Origin: Cyanobacteriota bacterium | GTDB lineage: Bacteria; Cyanobacteriota; Cyanobacteriia; Thermostichales; Thermostichaceae | Direction of reading: 5' to 3' | Assembly (NCBI GenBank): GCA_033764955.1 | Contig: JANRIL010000034.1 | Coordinates: 1-62,434 of the forward strand | DNA: 62,434 bases | Shown: positions 17,566 through 28,030 of the stretch, one piece after another | Position numbering within the stretch: position 1 is the first letter of the stretch | Layout: every line of letters starts with the position of its first letter | Notes under the pieces: model-generated | What the model saw: the letters and a program-made list of their open reading frames with translations, nothing else | Told to the model about the DNA's origin: nothing | Databases searched by the model: none | Translations under genes and position numbers: made by a program

Positions 17566-18237
17566 ATGGTGGATATTGAACAGGCACCCGCCCTGAAGTT
17601 TTTGATTGTGGAAGACCATCCTGAGGTTGCTCAAAACAACTGCGAATGGTTGCAGCGCCTAAGCAGCAACGGCCTATGTACGATTGTTACCGCTCCCAGT
17701 GAGGCAATCACCAAGCTGAAACGAGAACAACCTGATCTGGTCGTCTCTGACCTCCTCTACGGACAAAGCAGTGGCGAACAATCCGCCGAGCCAGGTCTAG
17801 AATTTCTGCGACATGTTTTTGAAAATTATCCCACCCTTAACATCATGGCTTATTCCAGCGAGCCATTGTTGCTCACCCCCCTGGTGGGATTAATCAGCAA
17901 GCACCAAGGGGGTTTTGCTGCGGTTAACAAGATGGAACGGCGAGCAGTATTTCTGGAGGGAGCCAAAAGTGCGTTGAACGGTGAGCTGCGGATGCCCAGA
18001 GAACTGCGAGGTCTCACCAAGCTAACCGAACGCGAGATTGAAGTCCTCAACTTGCTCTGCAAAGAGGCGATGACCGATCAAGCTATTGCCGATCGCATTC
18101 ATACCAGCAAAAAAACGGTGCAAAACTGCATTCAACGCCTCAAAGAGAAGCTGGATATTTTTGAGTCCGAAGATGAAATCAATGCACGGGTGGCTATGTG
18201 TATGACGGCGGTCAAAAACAAGATCATCCAGTGGTAG
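17566..18237 (+). CDS. NarL/FixJ-family response regulator
   Basis: IVEDH receiver, PDLVVSD, LTEREIEVL LuxR HTH. Confidence 0.9.
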   Translation: MVDIEQAPALKFLIVEDHPEVAQNNCEWLQRLSSNGLCTIVTAPSEAITKLKREQPDLVVSDLLYGQSSGEQSAEPGLEFLRHVFENYPTLNIMAYSSEPLLLTPLVGLISKHQGGFAAVNKMERRAVFLEGAKSALNGELRMPRELRGLTKLTEREIEVLNLLCKEAMTDQAIADRIHTSKKTVQNCIQRLKEKLDIFESEDEINARVAMCMTAVKNKIIQW

Positions 18238-18261
18238 AATCAGGATCCACCCATAAATTCA

Positions 18262-18275
18262 GTTACAAAAACTAC
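18262..18275 (+). promoter_or_regulatory. NtcA-like box GTT-N8-TAC
   Basis: GTTACAAAAACTAC, one mismatch to GTA-N8-TAC, upstream of the PirA-like gene. Confidence 0.3.
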
Positions 18276-18506
18276 AAAAATCAGCGGATAATCACCTTTT
18301 TTGCCCAGATCTGCGTTACATCCGGCAATATTGCCCCCCAGATCAGGGCAAGTTGTTATGATCTTTTTTATACGGGGTTGGCTCCCACAGGCTCTCTGAT
18401 ACTCACGAGTTCCTCCTCAGGAGTCATCCTTAGGCGAGCTTCCTATGGGTTTTTGTCAAAACCCAGCTTGCTAAGCCTTTAACTCTATCTCCCTCGAGCT
18501 TTCACC

Positions 18507-18770
18507 ATGACCACACTCAGCATTAACGCGCAACAAGTTCATCGTTCTCACCTCTGGGAACGGCTCAAGCACCGGATTGAGGCGGCTAACCAAAATCCTT
18601 CTTTGTTGGCTCATTTGGCTCAAGAGGCTCACGATTTGGGATTTGATTGGCGAGAATTGGCTCCCTCTGATGCTCAGCCTGTTTTGAACGGCCACACCTC
18701 GCGGCAGTCCCGCCGCGATGCCACCATCAACGCCCTCAAGCAGATCAGGGTGCAGCACGATCCGATGTAA
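18507..18770 (+). CDS. Small protein resembling PII-interacting regulator PirA, with C-terminal extension
   Basis: HxxxLxxRLxHRIEAA...LLxxLxxE pattern recalled from PirA homologues. Confidence 0.45.
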   Translation: MTTLSINAQQVHRSHLWERLKHRIEAANQNPSLLAHLAQEAHDLGFDWRELAPSDAQPVLNGHTSRQSRRDATINALKQIRVQHDPM

Positions 18771-19000
18771 TGTTCGGGGCAGGTTCCCCTACCTGGAAGG
18801 AAGTGACTGCTTGCCTTCCCCTGCATCTAGGCATCCCTAGCTTTGGCAAGGTTTCCTTAAGGGCAGAGTAAGATACAATTAAAAGTATAAAATCAGACAA
18901 GACTAAGAACGGGTTCAGGATGTGTCTACACTCTGAACCCTTTGCTGCTATTGTGTAGAAATGTACTGAGGAACTACCGGGCTAAGAGAGGATCGCCAGT

Positions 19001-19555
19001 ATGAATTCCGCAGAAGCCCTGACCCTTTTGCAGCTTGAACCTGGAGCTTCCGAAAAGCAAATTCGCAGCCAGCTTTTTCGTCACTATCAACTCCTCACCG
19101 CTAATTTGGCTGCTCTGGATGATGAGCGGCAACGCCCCATGCTGGAGCGGCAGATCGATCGGCTCAACCAAGCACGGGATCTCTTGCTGGCGCAAACCCC
19201 AGCCACGGATCCCCAGCCGAACGCACCCTCTCTAGCTCTGGTTAGCCCCGATGACCTCCCTGATCAGGTAATGGTCTTGCTCTATCGGCAAGGGGGACAG
19301 GAAGGCATCTGTACTCGGCAAATTCAGGGTCAAGATATTGTCTTAACCTTTGAGAGTATGTTTGCGGCTCGCAAATATGCTCAACGACTGGAACAGCAGG
19401 GTTTGGGGAAACCTTGGGTGGAGCGATTTGATAGTCAAGAGATTATGGAGTTCTGTCAAGCCTCTGGCTATGGAATGGTAGTGATTCCTGCTGACCAAAC
19501 CCTAGAACCTCTCTCTGAAGCCACCTCCGCTGCCCAAGATTGGGGATCCTCCTAA
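19001..19555 (+). CDS. J-domain-like (no HPD) plus DUF3110 protein
   Basis: ALTLLQLEPGAS N-terminus; EGI...VLTFES...A..YA..LE...FC...GY DUF3110 pattern. Confidence 0.7.
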   Translation: MNSAEALTLLQLEPGASEKQIRSQLFRHYQLLTANLAALDDERQRPMLERQIDRLNQARDLLLAQTPATDPQPNAPSLALVSPDDLPDQVMVLLYRQGGQEGICTRQIQGQDIVLTFESMFAARKYAQRLEQQGLGKPWVERFDSQEIMEFCQASGYGMVVIPADQTLEPLSEATSAAQDWGSS

Positions 19556-19636
19556 TCTTTTGCTGCTTCTCCCGATCAGTGTTGCCCTCACCTGGATTAC
19601 CCCGTTCCCATTACACTTTCACGACTGGATGATGTC

Positions 19637-20362
19637 ATGACCGGAGTCGAGAAAATCCTAGAAAGTGAGTTTAGGCAGATCATGAATGCTGATCTTCATG
19701 CTTGCAGCAATGCCTATGAAATTATGTTGGAATATGTACAGTTGCGACGGCGAAGAGTTTGGTTATTTGTTTATGCGTTGCTGGTTTGCATTGTAATTTC
19801 TTTAGCAACCATCGTGCTTTATCAATACTCTGCCAATCAACTCCTAGTGGGGGCGGCTCTGGTGGGAGTGGGGATCACCCTCTTAATCTTACTCAGACAG
19901 AACACGCGGTTGCAGCGCTCTCTCAATGCTACTCGTACCCGTTGGGAAGAAGCCCATCTGCAAAAATGTGATGTTTTCTTAATGCGATTTATTACTGAAA
20001 TTGCCCGTAAGGTGATCAATTATAATGCCTTGGTGAATCGATTGGAGGAGCTGCAAACCGGAGACTATTGGCGAGATTTTCGCCAACTCACCGACGCCGA
20101 AAAAGCCTACATCAGTTCAATCTTTACTCAGGTGAGGGGACAACTGTTATCTGCTCTACAAGCCTGTCGGCAAATTGTCGATCATCCCGAAACCAAAGTG
20201 GGTCATATGTTGTCTAGCCAACTGGTGTCACGGGACAAAGAATTGGTGCAGGAATTTACGGCCAAAACCATGACCTCGAATCAATACCTCAGCCTAGCCA
20301 AAGATCTGACGGCGATGGAGTCGGAGTTACAGGTTCAGATTAAGACCCTGGCCGCCCGCTGA
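19637..20362 (+). CDS. Hypothetical membrane protein (2 TM)
   Basis: Intact 241-aa ORF with two hydrophobic helices. Confidence 0.75.
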   Translation: MTGVEKILESEFRQIMNADLHACSNAYEIMLEYVQLRRRRVWLFVYALLVCIVISLATIVLYQYSANQLLVGAALVGVGITLLILLRQNTRLQRSLNATRTRWEEAHLQKCDVFLMRFITEIARKVINYNALVNRLEELQTGDYWRDFRQLTDAEKAYISSIFTQVRGQLLSALQACRQIVDHPETKVGHMLSSQLVSRDKELVQEFTAKTMTSNQYLSLAKDLTAMESELQVQIKTLAAR

Positions 20363-20419
20363 GGGTAACTTTGGAGTTAGAGGGGTTTTTTTACCTCTAT
20401 GCTTATCTTTAAGGAATAG

Positions 20420-20869
20420 TTGTTTTTCTTGGAAGCTATGTCTGCCCACCTTCACACTATGCTTGCCTCAGGTTTTTCGGGGACGGTGGGTCGAGTGTTT
20501 CTGCTTATCTGTGTGTTGTCGGCTTGCGGAAATCCTAATGTGCCTTTAACCCAACCCCCTCAAGATGCCTTTCGGGTCACCTCCCCTCGCCCCAGACGGG
20601 TGGATAACACTCCCACTTCCCGCTCGACTCCCCCCAAAGATGCGGAGCAAGATGCTCTGGCTCGTTTAACCGCTCAGTTTTTAGGGATTGATTGGCCTCG
20701 GCAAGCTGCCAGGACTACGGCTAGTGGTTCACTTGTAGAACTGACCGCCAGTTTTTTGCAGATTCGCTGGCCTTCTCCTGCTGCACCCAAGCGCCCTGCT
20801 GCCCTCAATCCGGAGACCCGTCCCCAGCAAGCTACTCCTAGGCAACAGCTAGAGCAACCCAACCCATGA
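20420..20869 (+). CDS. Hypothetical lipoprotein-like protein
   Basis: LSAC lipobox; internal duplicated motif; start uncertain. Confidence 0.55.
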   Translation: MFFLEAMSAHLHTMLASGFSGTVGRVFLLICVLSACGNPNVPLTQPPQDAFRVTSPRPRRVDNTPTSRSTPPKDAEQDALARLTAQFLGIDWPRQAARTTASGSLVELTASFLQIRWPSPAAPKRPAALNPETRPQQATPRQQLEQPNP

Positions 20870-20923
20870 AGGGGCTGACGAAAGACCCCTATGGCACCTA
20901 GACTTGCCTAGGCTTCCACTCCG

Positions 20924-22444
20924 CTAGTGCAAGAAATGACGGATGCCGGTGTAAACCATGCTGAGACCCGCTTGGTTGGCGGCATCAATCGAGTCTTGAT
21001 CCCGCAGGCTACCGCCCGGTTGAACAATCACCCGAATACCCGCACTGGCGGCCAACTTGACACTATCGGCGAATGGGAAAAACCCATCACTGGCAAGAAC
21101 CGATCCCCTGACCTGCTGGGCGGCCTGTTGCAGAGCAATTTGGACGGAGCCGACGCGATTCATTTGACCTGCCCCCACTCCCAATGTTTGCTGATTCTTG
21201 CTGATTACAATGGCGTTGGATTTGACGTGTTTACAGACTTTCCAGGCAAAGATGAGTTCCTTCCATTCCTCTGGTGTAGGGGGGGATTCTGTCATCACCC
21301 GCCACTGGCTGGGATCCACCGCTTGGTTGTCCGCCTCTTGCACCAACAGCCCACCCGCAATCGAGCGAACCGTTTGGGGGGATCCCTGGTTTAGCTCGGC
21401 AAGCAACAAAACCCGCAGGTTCTTTTTGCTTTGCAGCTTTTGCTGGGCGGCGGGTGTGCAGTCGGGAGCCACGATACATTCCAAAAATCGTTCCGTTAGG
21501 ATCTCGGCACCTGCTTCATCGAGGGGCTGAGTGAGGGCAACAATCCCCCCAAAGGCTGAAACGGGATCCGCCTCTAGAGCAGCCAGGCAGGCTTGAGAAA
21601 GGGTAGGACGAACGGCTACACCGCAAGGATTGGTGTGTTTGACCACGACCGCCGCCGCTTGCCCAGGAAACTCAGCCGCTAAGGCGCGGGCGGCTTCTAG
21701 ATCCATCAGGTTGTTGTAGCTCAGTTCTTTGCCTTGCAGTTGTTGGGCGCTATGCCAACCGGAAGGAGCCAGGGCATACCAACGGGCGGCTTGGTGGGGA
21801 TTTTCGCCATAGCGGAGGGATTGGTGTAGGGATCCCTCTAGACGTAGGTAGGGGGGTGTGGGCGGAGCACCTTGCCGCATGAAATAGTCAGCAATCGCGC
21901 GGTCGTAGTCAAGAATGTGGCAGAAGGCTTGCTGGGCACACATCCAACGAAACGCTGGGGAGGGATGGGGCAATTGCTCTAGATAGCTAGTGTATTGACT
22001 GGGATCCGTCAACACCGTGACATGGGCATAATTTTTGGCGGCAGCTCTGATCAGGGTTGGCCCCCCAATATCAATCTGTTCAATGGCTTGACTGAGGGTT
22101 GTGTCGGGTTGAGCAATCGTGGCCTGAAACGGATAGAGATTGACCACCACTAGTGAAATCGGCAGGATCCCTTGGGCTTCTAGATCAGCGACATCCTCCC
22201 GCCAATCGAGGCGAGCCAAAATCCCCCCATGAATGCGTGGATGCAGGGTTTTGACCCGCCCCCCTAACATCTCAGGCGCACCCGTATAATCGGCAACCGC
22301 CGTCACAGGGATGCCCGCTGAGCGCAGAGCTGATGCAGTTCCACCACTGCTCACGATTTGAAAATCATGCTGCTCTACCAGGAGTTTGGCCAAATCCTCA
22401 AGACCCGTTTTGTCAGAAACACTGATCAGTGCAAGGCGAGGCAT
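20924..22444 (-). CDS. purH: Bifunctional AICAR transformylase/IMP cyclohydrolase
   Basis: GRVKTLHP, IDIGGP, LRYGENPHQ, SDGFFPF. Confidence 0.98.
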   Translation of the reverse strand: MPRLALISVSDKTGLEDLAKLLVEQHDFQIVSSGGTASALRSAGIPVTAVADYTGAPEMLGGRVKTLHPRIHGGILARLDWREDVADLEAQGILPISLVVVNLYPFQATIAQPDTTLSQAIEQIDIGGPTLIRAAAKNYAHVTVLTDPSQYTSYLEQLPHPSPAFRWMCAQQAFCHILDYDRAIADYFMRQGAPPTPPYLRLEGSLHQSLRYGENPHQAARWYALAPSGWHSAQQLQGKELSYNNLMDLEAARALAAEFPGQAAAVVVKHTNPCGVAVRPTLSQACLAALEADPVSAFGGIVALTQPLDEAGAEILTERFLECIVAPDCTPAAQQKLQSKKNLRVLLLAELNQGSPQTVRSIAGGLLVQEADNQAVDPSQWRVMTESPPTPEEWKELIFAWKVCKHVKSNAIVISKNQQTLGVGAGQMNRVGSVQIALQQAAQQVRGSVLASDGFFPFADSVKLAASAGIRVIVQPGGSLRDQDSIDAANQAGLSMVYTGIRHFLH

Positions 22445-22526
22445 AGCGGACTTCGCTTAAGATATTTTGACTACAGTATTTTAAGCTACGTATTACCGAC
22501 TGCTCCACCCATGGGAGGGGGATCCC

Positions 22527-23048
22527 TTGCACGAAATTTCGATCACCTGGGCTGACTACCACCGCAAGGTAGAGGAATTAGCCGTCAAAATCTATGAGAG
22601 TGAATGGGAATTTGACCAAATCGTCTGTATTGCCAAGGGAGGGCTGCGGGTGGGAGACACACTGGCTCGTATCTTTGACCTCCCGTTGGGCATTTTGGCG
22701 GCTTCTTCCTATGGGGGGGCAGGCAATCGGCAACGGGGACGGCTGACATTCTCTCGTGACCTAGCGATGACCACTACCAATTTGGGGAGTCATGTTTTAT
22801 TGGTGGATGATCTGGCGGATTCCGGCATGACTCTCAAAAAAGGAGTGGAGTGGCTAAAGCACCACTACGGGTTTTATATCGAAGAGATGCGAACCGGGGT
22901 GTTGTGGTACAAAGCGGCTTCTATTTATCGACCCGATTATTATGTTGATTATTTGCCGGATAATCCCTGGATTCATCAGCCGTTTGAGCCATACGAAAGC
23001 CTCACTCCCCAACAATTGGCTCAGATGTTGCGTCAATCTGGTCATTAG
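22527..23048 (+). CDS. Purine phosphoribosyltransferase family protein
   Basis: VLLVDDLADSGMT PRPP-binding motif. Confidence 0.9.
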   Translation: MHEISITWADYHRKVEELAVKIYESEWEFDQIVCIAKGGLRVGDTLARIFDLPLGILAASSYGGAGNRQRGRLTFSRDLAMTTTNLGSHVLLVDDLADSGMTLKKGVEWLKHHYGFYIEEMRTGVLWYKAASIYRPDYYVDYLPDNPWIHQPFEPYESLTPQQLAQMLRQSGH

Positions 23049-23310
23049 GTATGGCCCAACCGTCGAATTGACTCAAAATCTTGCATGTTGTCAGTCAGGA
23101 TCATGACTCCTGCCTGCTTTGCGGTTCGTGCCATTAGCACATCGTGAGTTATGGGGTACTTTTGGTCAGCAGACATTCTCGGTGTCAGTCTGCCTTTCTG
23201 TGACTTCAAGCCTTGCTGCAAAGAGTCAATCACCTTACCCACCAACCCACAATCTTCTGCTGTTGGGACAATCAAGCTGTCAGTTTTTTCATATTCACGG
23301 CGAGCAACGG
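23045..23310 (-). pseudogene. C-terminal fragment of a PIN/VapC toxin
   Basis: HDVLMARTA...LTDNMQDF; N-terminal half missing, upstream stops. Confidence 0.6.
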
Positions 23311-23663
23311 CTAGGCTTTAACTCTAAAGCTTTCATCAATACCTGATTTGTCTTTCTGGCTGACTCAAGTTTTTCTTTTCAGCTTAAAACCCTCTTCACT
23401 AAAGCTTTGGAATTTCTCTTACTGGTTTTGGGCCTCAACTTGGCTGAAGTTCTGCTCTCCCAAGGTGCATTACCATCCCTGTCTGTAGCGAAAAGCCGGA
23501 CATCCATCTCTGCACCAAAGGAATAGTTTCAGATCATCTCAAGGATCAACCCGGAACAGCCCCTCCCAAATCCGGCGGGAAGTGGTGGGCATTGCGTTGG
23601 TCATCACTTGCATGGCAATACCCGATATAATTTATTGCCTGTTGGTTTTGGTAGAGACAAGTT

Positions 23664-24773
23664 ATGAGTGAAGCCACTCAGCCCACTTATACCGTCACCT
23701 TGTTAGCCGGAGATGGCATTGGGCCTGAGATTCTTAGGGTGGGAGTAGCGGTACTCAAGCAGGTCGCTGCCCACTTCCATATTCCGATCCAGTTCCAGGA
23801 GGCGTTGGTGGGGGGAGTTGCCATTGAGCAAACCGGGATCCCTTTGCCCCCCGAAACGCTACAACGCTGCCAAGCCAGTCATGCCGTTTATTTGGCGGCG
23901 GTGGGAGATTTTCGCTATGACAGCTTGCCTAGTGAGCTGCGACCGGAACGGGCATTGCTGGGTTTGCGCTCTGGCTTAGGCTTGTTTGCCAATTTGCGTC
24001 CCGTCAAAATTTTTCCCCAGTTGCTGGCGGCTTCTTCCCTCAAACCCGAGATCATCGCAGACATCGACTTGATGGTGGTGCGGGAACTGACGGGGGGGAT
24101 TTATTTTGGGCAGCCTAAGGGTATCTTTAGCGATGCTGAGGGATGCCGGCGGGGGGTCAACACGATGGCCTACCACGATTACGAAGTGGATCGCATTGCC
24201 AAGGTAGCTTTTGAGTTGGCGGAGAAGCGTTCACAGAGACTTTGTTCTGTGGATAAAGCCAATGTTTTGGAGGTTTCTCAACTATGGCGAGAACGGGTGA
24301 GCGCCCTAGCTAGCCAATATCCACAAGTGCATCTGTCCCACATGTATGTGGATAACGCGGCGATGCAACTGATTCGCTGGCCAAAGCAATTTGATGTGAT
24401 GTTGACGGGCAATTTGTTTGGGGATATTCTCTCGGATGAAGCGGCGATGTTAACGGGATCCATTGGCATGTTGCCCTCCGCCTCCTTAGGCTCCTCAGGA
24501 GCCGCCGTCTATGAGCCTGTGCATGGCTCTGCCCCTGATATCGCCGGACAGGACAAAGCCAACCCGATTGCCCAAGTATTGTCGGGAGCAATGTTGCTGC
24601 GCTACTCCCTCAACCAACCCGCCGCCGCGCAAGCTATTGAACAGGCTGTGGAAGCGGTTTTAGCTGCCGGATATCGGACGGGAGACATCATGTCGGAGGG
24701 AATGCAATTGGTGGGCTGTCAGGAAATGGGGGACAAGATTTTGGCAGCCCTGGAGGAAGTTGTCAATTGTTAG
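23664..24773 (+). CDS. leuB: 3-isopropylmalate dehydrogenase
   Basis: GDGIGPE, RELTGGIYFG, NLFGDILSDEA, EPVHGSAPDIAG. Confidence 0.98.
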   Translation: MSEATQPTYTVTLLAGDGIGPEILRVGVAVLKQVAAHFHIPIQFQEALVGGVAIEQTGIPLPPETLQRCQASHAVYLAAVGDFRYDSLPSELRPERALLGLRSGLGLFANLRPVKIFPQLLAASSLKPEIIADIDLMVVRELTGGIYFGQPKGIFSDAEGCRRGVNTMAYHDYEVDRIAKVAFELAEKRSQRLCSVDKANVLEVSQLWRERVSALASQYPQVHLSHMYVDNAAMQLIRWPKQFDVMLTGNLFGDILSDEAAMLTGSIGMLPSASLGSSGAAVYEPVHGSAPDIAGQDKANPIAQVLSGAMLLRYSLNQPAAAQAIEQAVEAVLAAGYRTGDIMSEGMQLVGCQEMGDKILAALEEVVNC

Positions 24774-27024
24774 GAGGCTGAGGAAAGGTTGGTGACGGTA
24801 GCTTGACTCGAAAGGTTGTCTGTTGGGAGTGGCTCTCGACGTTGATCTCACCCCCCAGCCAAGTCACCGTTTTCTGCACCAGGGCTAGCCCCAAGCCAGT
24901 ACCTCCCTGCTGCCAACGATCCTGGCGGGGAACTCGATAAAACTTGTCAAACACCCGTGGCAATTCTTGAGCCGGAATTTCGGTGCCAAAATTGCTGATC
25001 TCAACCTGCAAAAGGGATCCCTGAGATTGGGCACGAAAAATAATCCTTTCTTCTGGGGGAGTATACTTACAGGCATTATTGAGCAACTCCATTAAGACTC
25101 GGCTGAGTGCCTGGGGGTCTGTCCAGAAATCACCCAAATCATCAGGAATTTCCACCTCTAACCGTTGCTGTTGAGCCAAGATCCGCGAGGAAAATCCTTC
25201 TAGCAAAGACCGTAACCAAGCAGGTAAAACAATTTTTTCCCAGTGAGGTATCTGCTGGGATAGCTCTAGTCGCTGCAGGTTGAGCAAATCATCAATCAGA
25301 GCAGTTTCTCGATAGCATTCCTGTTCTAATATGTTGACATAATCAGCCTGCTTTTCTAGATTGTTTAGATTAATTCGTAACATATGAATCGCCATCTTCA
25401 TATTGGACATGGGGGTTCGCAGTTCATGGGAAATAGTGCTAATAAAATCATCTTTAATATGGTTAATTCGCGCTAACTCTTTGACCTGTCCTTGCGAACT
25501 TTGATAGAGGCGGGCTTGCCGCATCGAGATCGCACATTGAATAGCAATCTGTTCTACCAACCGAACTTCCTCTTCGTTAAAACAATCTATCTGGGGACGG
25601 TGAATCCAGATATCCCCCAATACCAGATTTTGGTCGTCAGCAATCGGAATGGCTAAAGCCAACGTATCTGGAAGGGATGGATAATTCCCACCACGATCCA
25701 AGAGACAAAATTGGCAAAGGGATCCTTTGAATAGCTGGGTATAAACATCTGGGCACCTGGATTCAGCCATCACAATGGTTTCGTTGAGAAGAGATAAATC
25801 AACGGCTGAAAACTCATGGGTAATTCGACAGGTTTGCCCGGAGGGATCATAAAGGGCGATATCGCAATAAGTGGCGTTGAGGGCATTGCCTATCTCAAGA
25901 ACAACCGTCTGCAAAATTTGATCTTCATCCAAACTAGCGTGCATTTTATCGGTAATGCGTTTGAGTAAACTGGCAAACTCTAGGGACTGTTGAAGTTGCT
26001 GGGTACGCTCTTTGACCTGATCTTCGAGATGGGCATTGAGAGTTTGAACCTGTTGATAAAGTTGCGCCTGTTGAATCGCAATGCCCACTTGATCCGCTAA
26101 TTGCTGTAATAAAAAAATTTCTTCACTTGACCATGGGCGGGGCGCAAAACATTCATGTACCACCAAAAGACCCCAGAGGTGGTTTTGCTCGAGAATCGGC
26201 ACAGAAATACTGGCTCGGATCGGATAGTGATCCACAAACTGGCGCACCGCTGGAGATAGGGAGATGGTTTGGGTATCGTTGGTCACCACAGGGGATCCCC
26301 CCCGCGGGGCTTGATAGCGTTCCGCTAACCAGTCTTTGGGAATCGAGATGGGTTGTCGCTGGGGAGCTTCTTCGGTTTGGGATTGAGCGGCGGGATGGGC
26401 ATCTCCACTGGGGGTGCAGCGAAAGATCAGGCATTGATCCACCTGTAGGCAGGTTCTTACTTCCTCTGCGGTTGTCTGGAGAACATCGGGCAGATGCAGA
26501 GACTCCCGAATGCGTTGGGTAATCGTTCGCAGCAGGTTTTCTCGTTTCACCTGCTGTTTGAGGCTCGCTTCCGATTGTTTTTGCAGAGAAATATCTTGAC
26601 AAGCCCCTACCACATGATGAGGGGAAGATTCTCCCAACAGAACGGGGGCTAAGGTGATCAACAGTATTTTGCCTCCGTCTACCTCCGATTGATGCATTTC
26701 GTATTGTTTTGATTGGCGATGGGTCAGACACCCTAAACAGGTTGAGCAAAGTGGTTCCGCTATAGCTGGAGGCAGACAATCCTGCGGTCGTAAACCTTGG
26801 AGAGAAGCCTGACGGATCCCTAGCATCGTTACCAACGAGGGATTATTTTTAACAAAAAAATAACCTTGCGGGTTGACTTCAATAACAAAAAGTCCTTCCT
26901 GCACCGTTTCAAAAACAGATTGAAGAATAGAGGGACTTTTGGGAGCTAGAGGACGACCTCGATAAATAGGGATATCTGAGGAAAATTCGCTAGATCGTGC
27001 CCACTTACCCAAAAAATTCAGCAT
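24763..27024 (-). CDS. PAS-GAF-GAF sensor histidine kinase
   Basis: SHELRTP, NACKY, GTGLGL; two GAF domains. Confidence 0.92.
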   Translation of the reverse strand: MLNFLGKWARSSEFSSDIPIYRGRPLAPKSPSILQSVFETVQEGLFVIEVNPQGYFFVKNNPSLVTMLGIRQASLQGLRPQDCLPPAIAEPLCSTCLGCLTHRQSKQYEMHQSEVDGGKILLITLAPVLLGESSPHHVVGACQDISLQKQSEASLKQQVKRENLLRTITQRIRESLHLPDVLQTTAEEVRTCLQVDQCLIFRCTPSGDAHPAAQSQTEEAPQRQPISIPKDWLAERYQAPRGGSPVVTNDTQTISLSPAVRQFVDHYPIRASISVPILEQNHLWGLLVVHECFAPRPWSSEEIFLLQQLADQVGIAIQQAQLYQQVQTLNAHLEDQVKERTQQLQQSLEFASLLKRITDKMHASLDEDQILQTVVLEIGNALNATYCDIALYDPSGQTCRITHEFSAVDLSLLNETIVMAESRCPDVYTQLFKGSLCQFCLLDRGGNYPSLPDTLALAIPIADDQNLVLGDIWIHRPQIDCFNEEEVRLVEQIAIQCAISMRQARLYQSSQGQVKELARINHIKDDFISTISHELRTPMSNMKMAIHMLRINLNNLEKQADYVNILEQECYRETALIDDLLNLQRLELSQQIPHWEKIVLPAWLRSLLEGFSSRILAQQQRLEVEIPDDLGDFWTDPQALSRVLMELLNNACKYTPPEERIIFRAQSQGSLLQVEISNFGTEIPAQELPRVFDKFYRVPRQDRWQQGGTGLGLALVQKTVTWLGGEINVESHSQQTTFRVKLPSPTFPQPPNN

Positions 27025-27189
27025 GAGCTTGAATCGTTAAATTTGATGTAACCACTTAACCTACTACCAGGAAAGGAGGGATCCCAACACCCTAAATTCT
27101 GCCGTTCTTTGTCATTTGATCACGTAGCACAGACTACGCCTGAATACGGAAGTTCTCAGAAAAGATCTGCCTAGAGAAAAGGGCACTGG

Positions 27190-27870
27190 CTAGGGATCCT
27201 GAGAAGTCGCCATGTTGGCGGTGGGATCCCAGCCTGGGGGGGCGACACCAAAAGCCGCTAAGGGAGCAGGACTTTGCAACAGCCACTCTGCAAACGGACT
27301 GTTGGGGGAAGGGAGTTTGGCTGGGGGAGGGGCTTGCGTATCGATGTTGCTATACAAAACCAGGAGATCTCGTTTGCCGGAGGTGGGGTTGGTCTTGCCG
27401 ATTTGCACCACCACCTGCTGCCATCGCTCTGGGCGGGCTACTGTGCTCCGCGAACTGGAGGGGATCCGTTCAAAGGTGAGGGTAACAATCTCCTCCTGCA
27501 AAACATGGGAGAGCAAATCCCAGCGCCCTTGCCAAAGGCGATCCTGATAATAGGCCACAATCGGAGCCACATCAGCTTCGGTTTCCAACAACAGGGAGGC
27601 GATTCCTCCGGCGGTGTCACGGATGGTGCCGGAGGAGCTAACCTGCGCCTGGGGAAAAATCAGATAGCGGGGAAATTCCTCCGGTAAGGCAGCTACATTC
27701 CCCAGAGAAGTAAGAAATTGTGTGCCATCTTTGCCCAGGTGGCTTCTGACGGTGGGGGTGGCGGCTGATGAGGGGGAAGGGGGTTCTGAGGCCTGACAGG
27801 CCGTCAATAGACCAAAAGTACAAGCCAGCAGGAACCCGCTTGGTCTGCCGATTAGCCAACGATTGCCCAT
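27190..27870 (-). CDS. Hypothetical lipoprotein
   Basis: LTAC lipobox; GAGG RBS. Confidence 0.65.
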   Translation of the reverse strand: MGNRWLIGRPSGFLLACTFGLLTACQASEPPSPSSAATPTVRSHLGKDGTQFLTSLGNVAALPEEFPRYLIFPQAQVSSSGTIRDTAGGIASLLLETEADVAPIVAYYQDRLWQGRWDLLSHVLQEEIVTLTFERIPSSSRSTVARPERWQQVVVQIGKTNPTSGKRDLLVLYSNIDTQAPPPAKLPSPNSPFAEWLLQSPAPLAAFGVAPPGWDPTANMATSQDP

Positions 27871-28030
27871 GCTGTTCCCGCCATGATGGTGTTGAAGATG
27901 CCCATGCTGACCCTATCAATCCATGAGATGAATCGGTGACATCAATTCCGCGAGAGGGATCCCTCTGCTCCGTGATCCTACCCTGAGTTTGGGGGGGTGA
28001 GCAGAGGTGCTCTGCGGTAAACCGTCCCAT

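Noticed and set aside
18911..18940. GGGTTCAG...CTGAACCC inverted repeat as a mobile-element end
   Set aside because: Single short hairpin, no second copy or transposase seen
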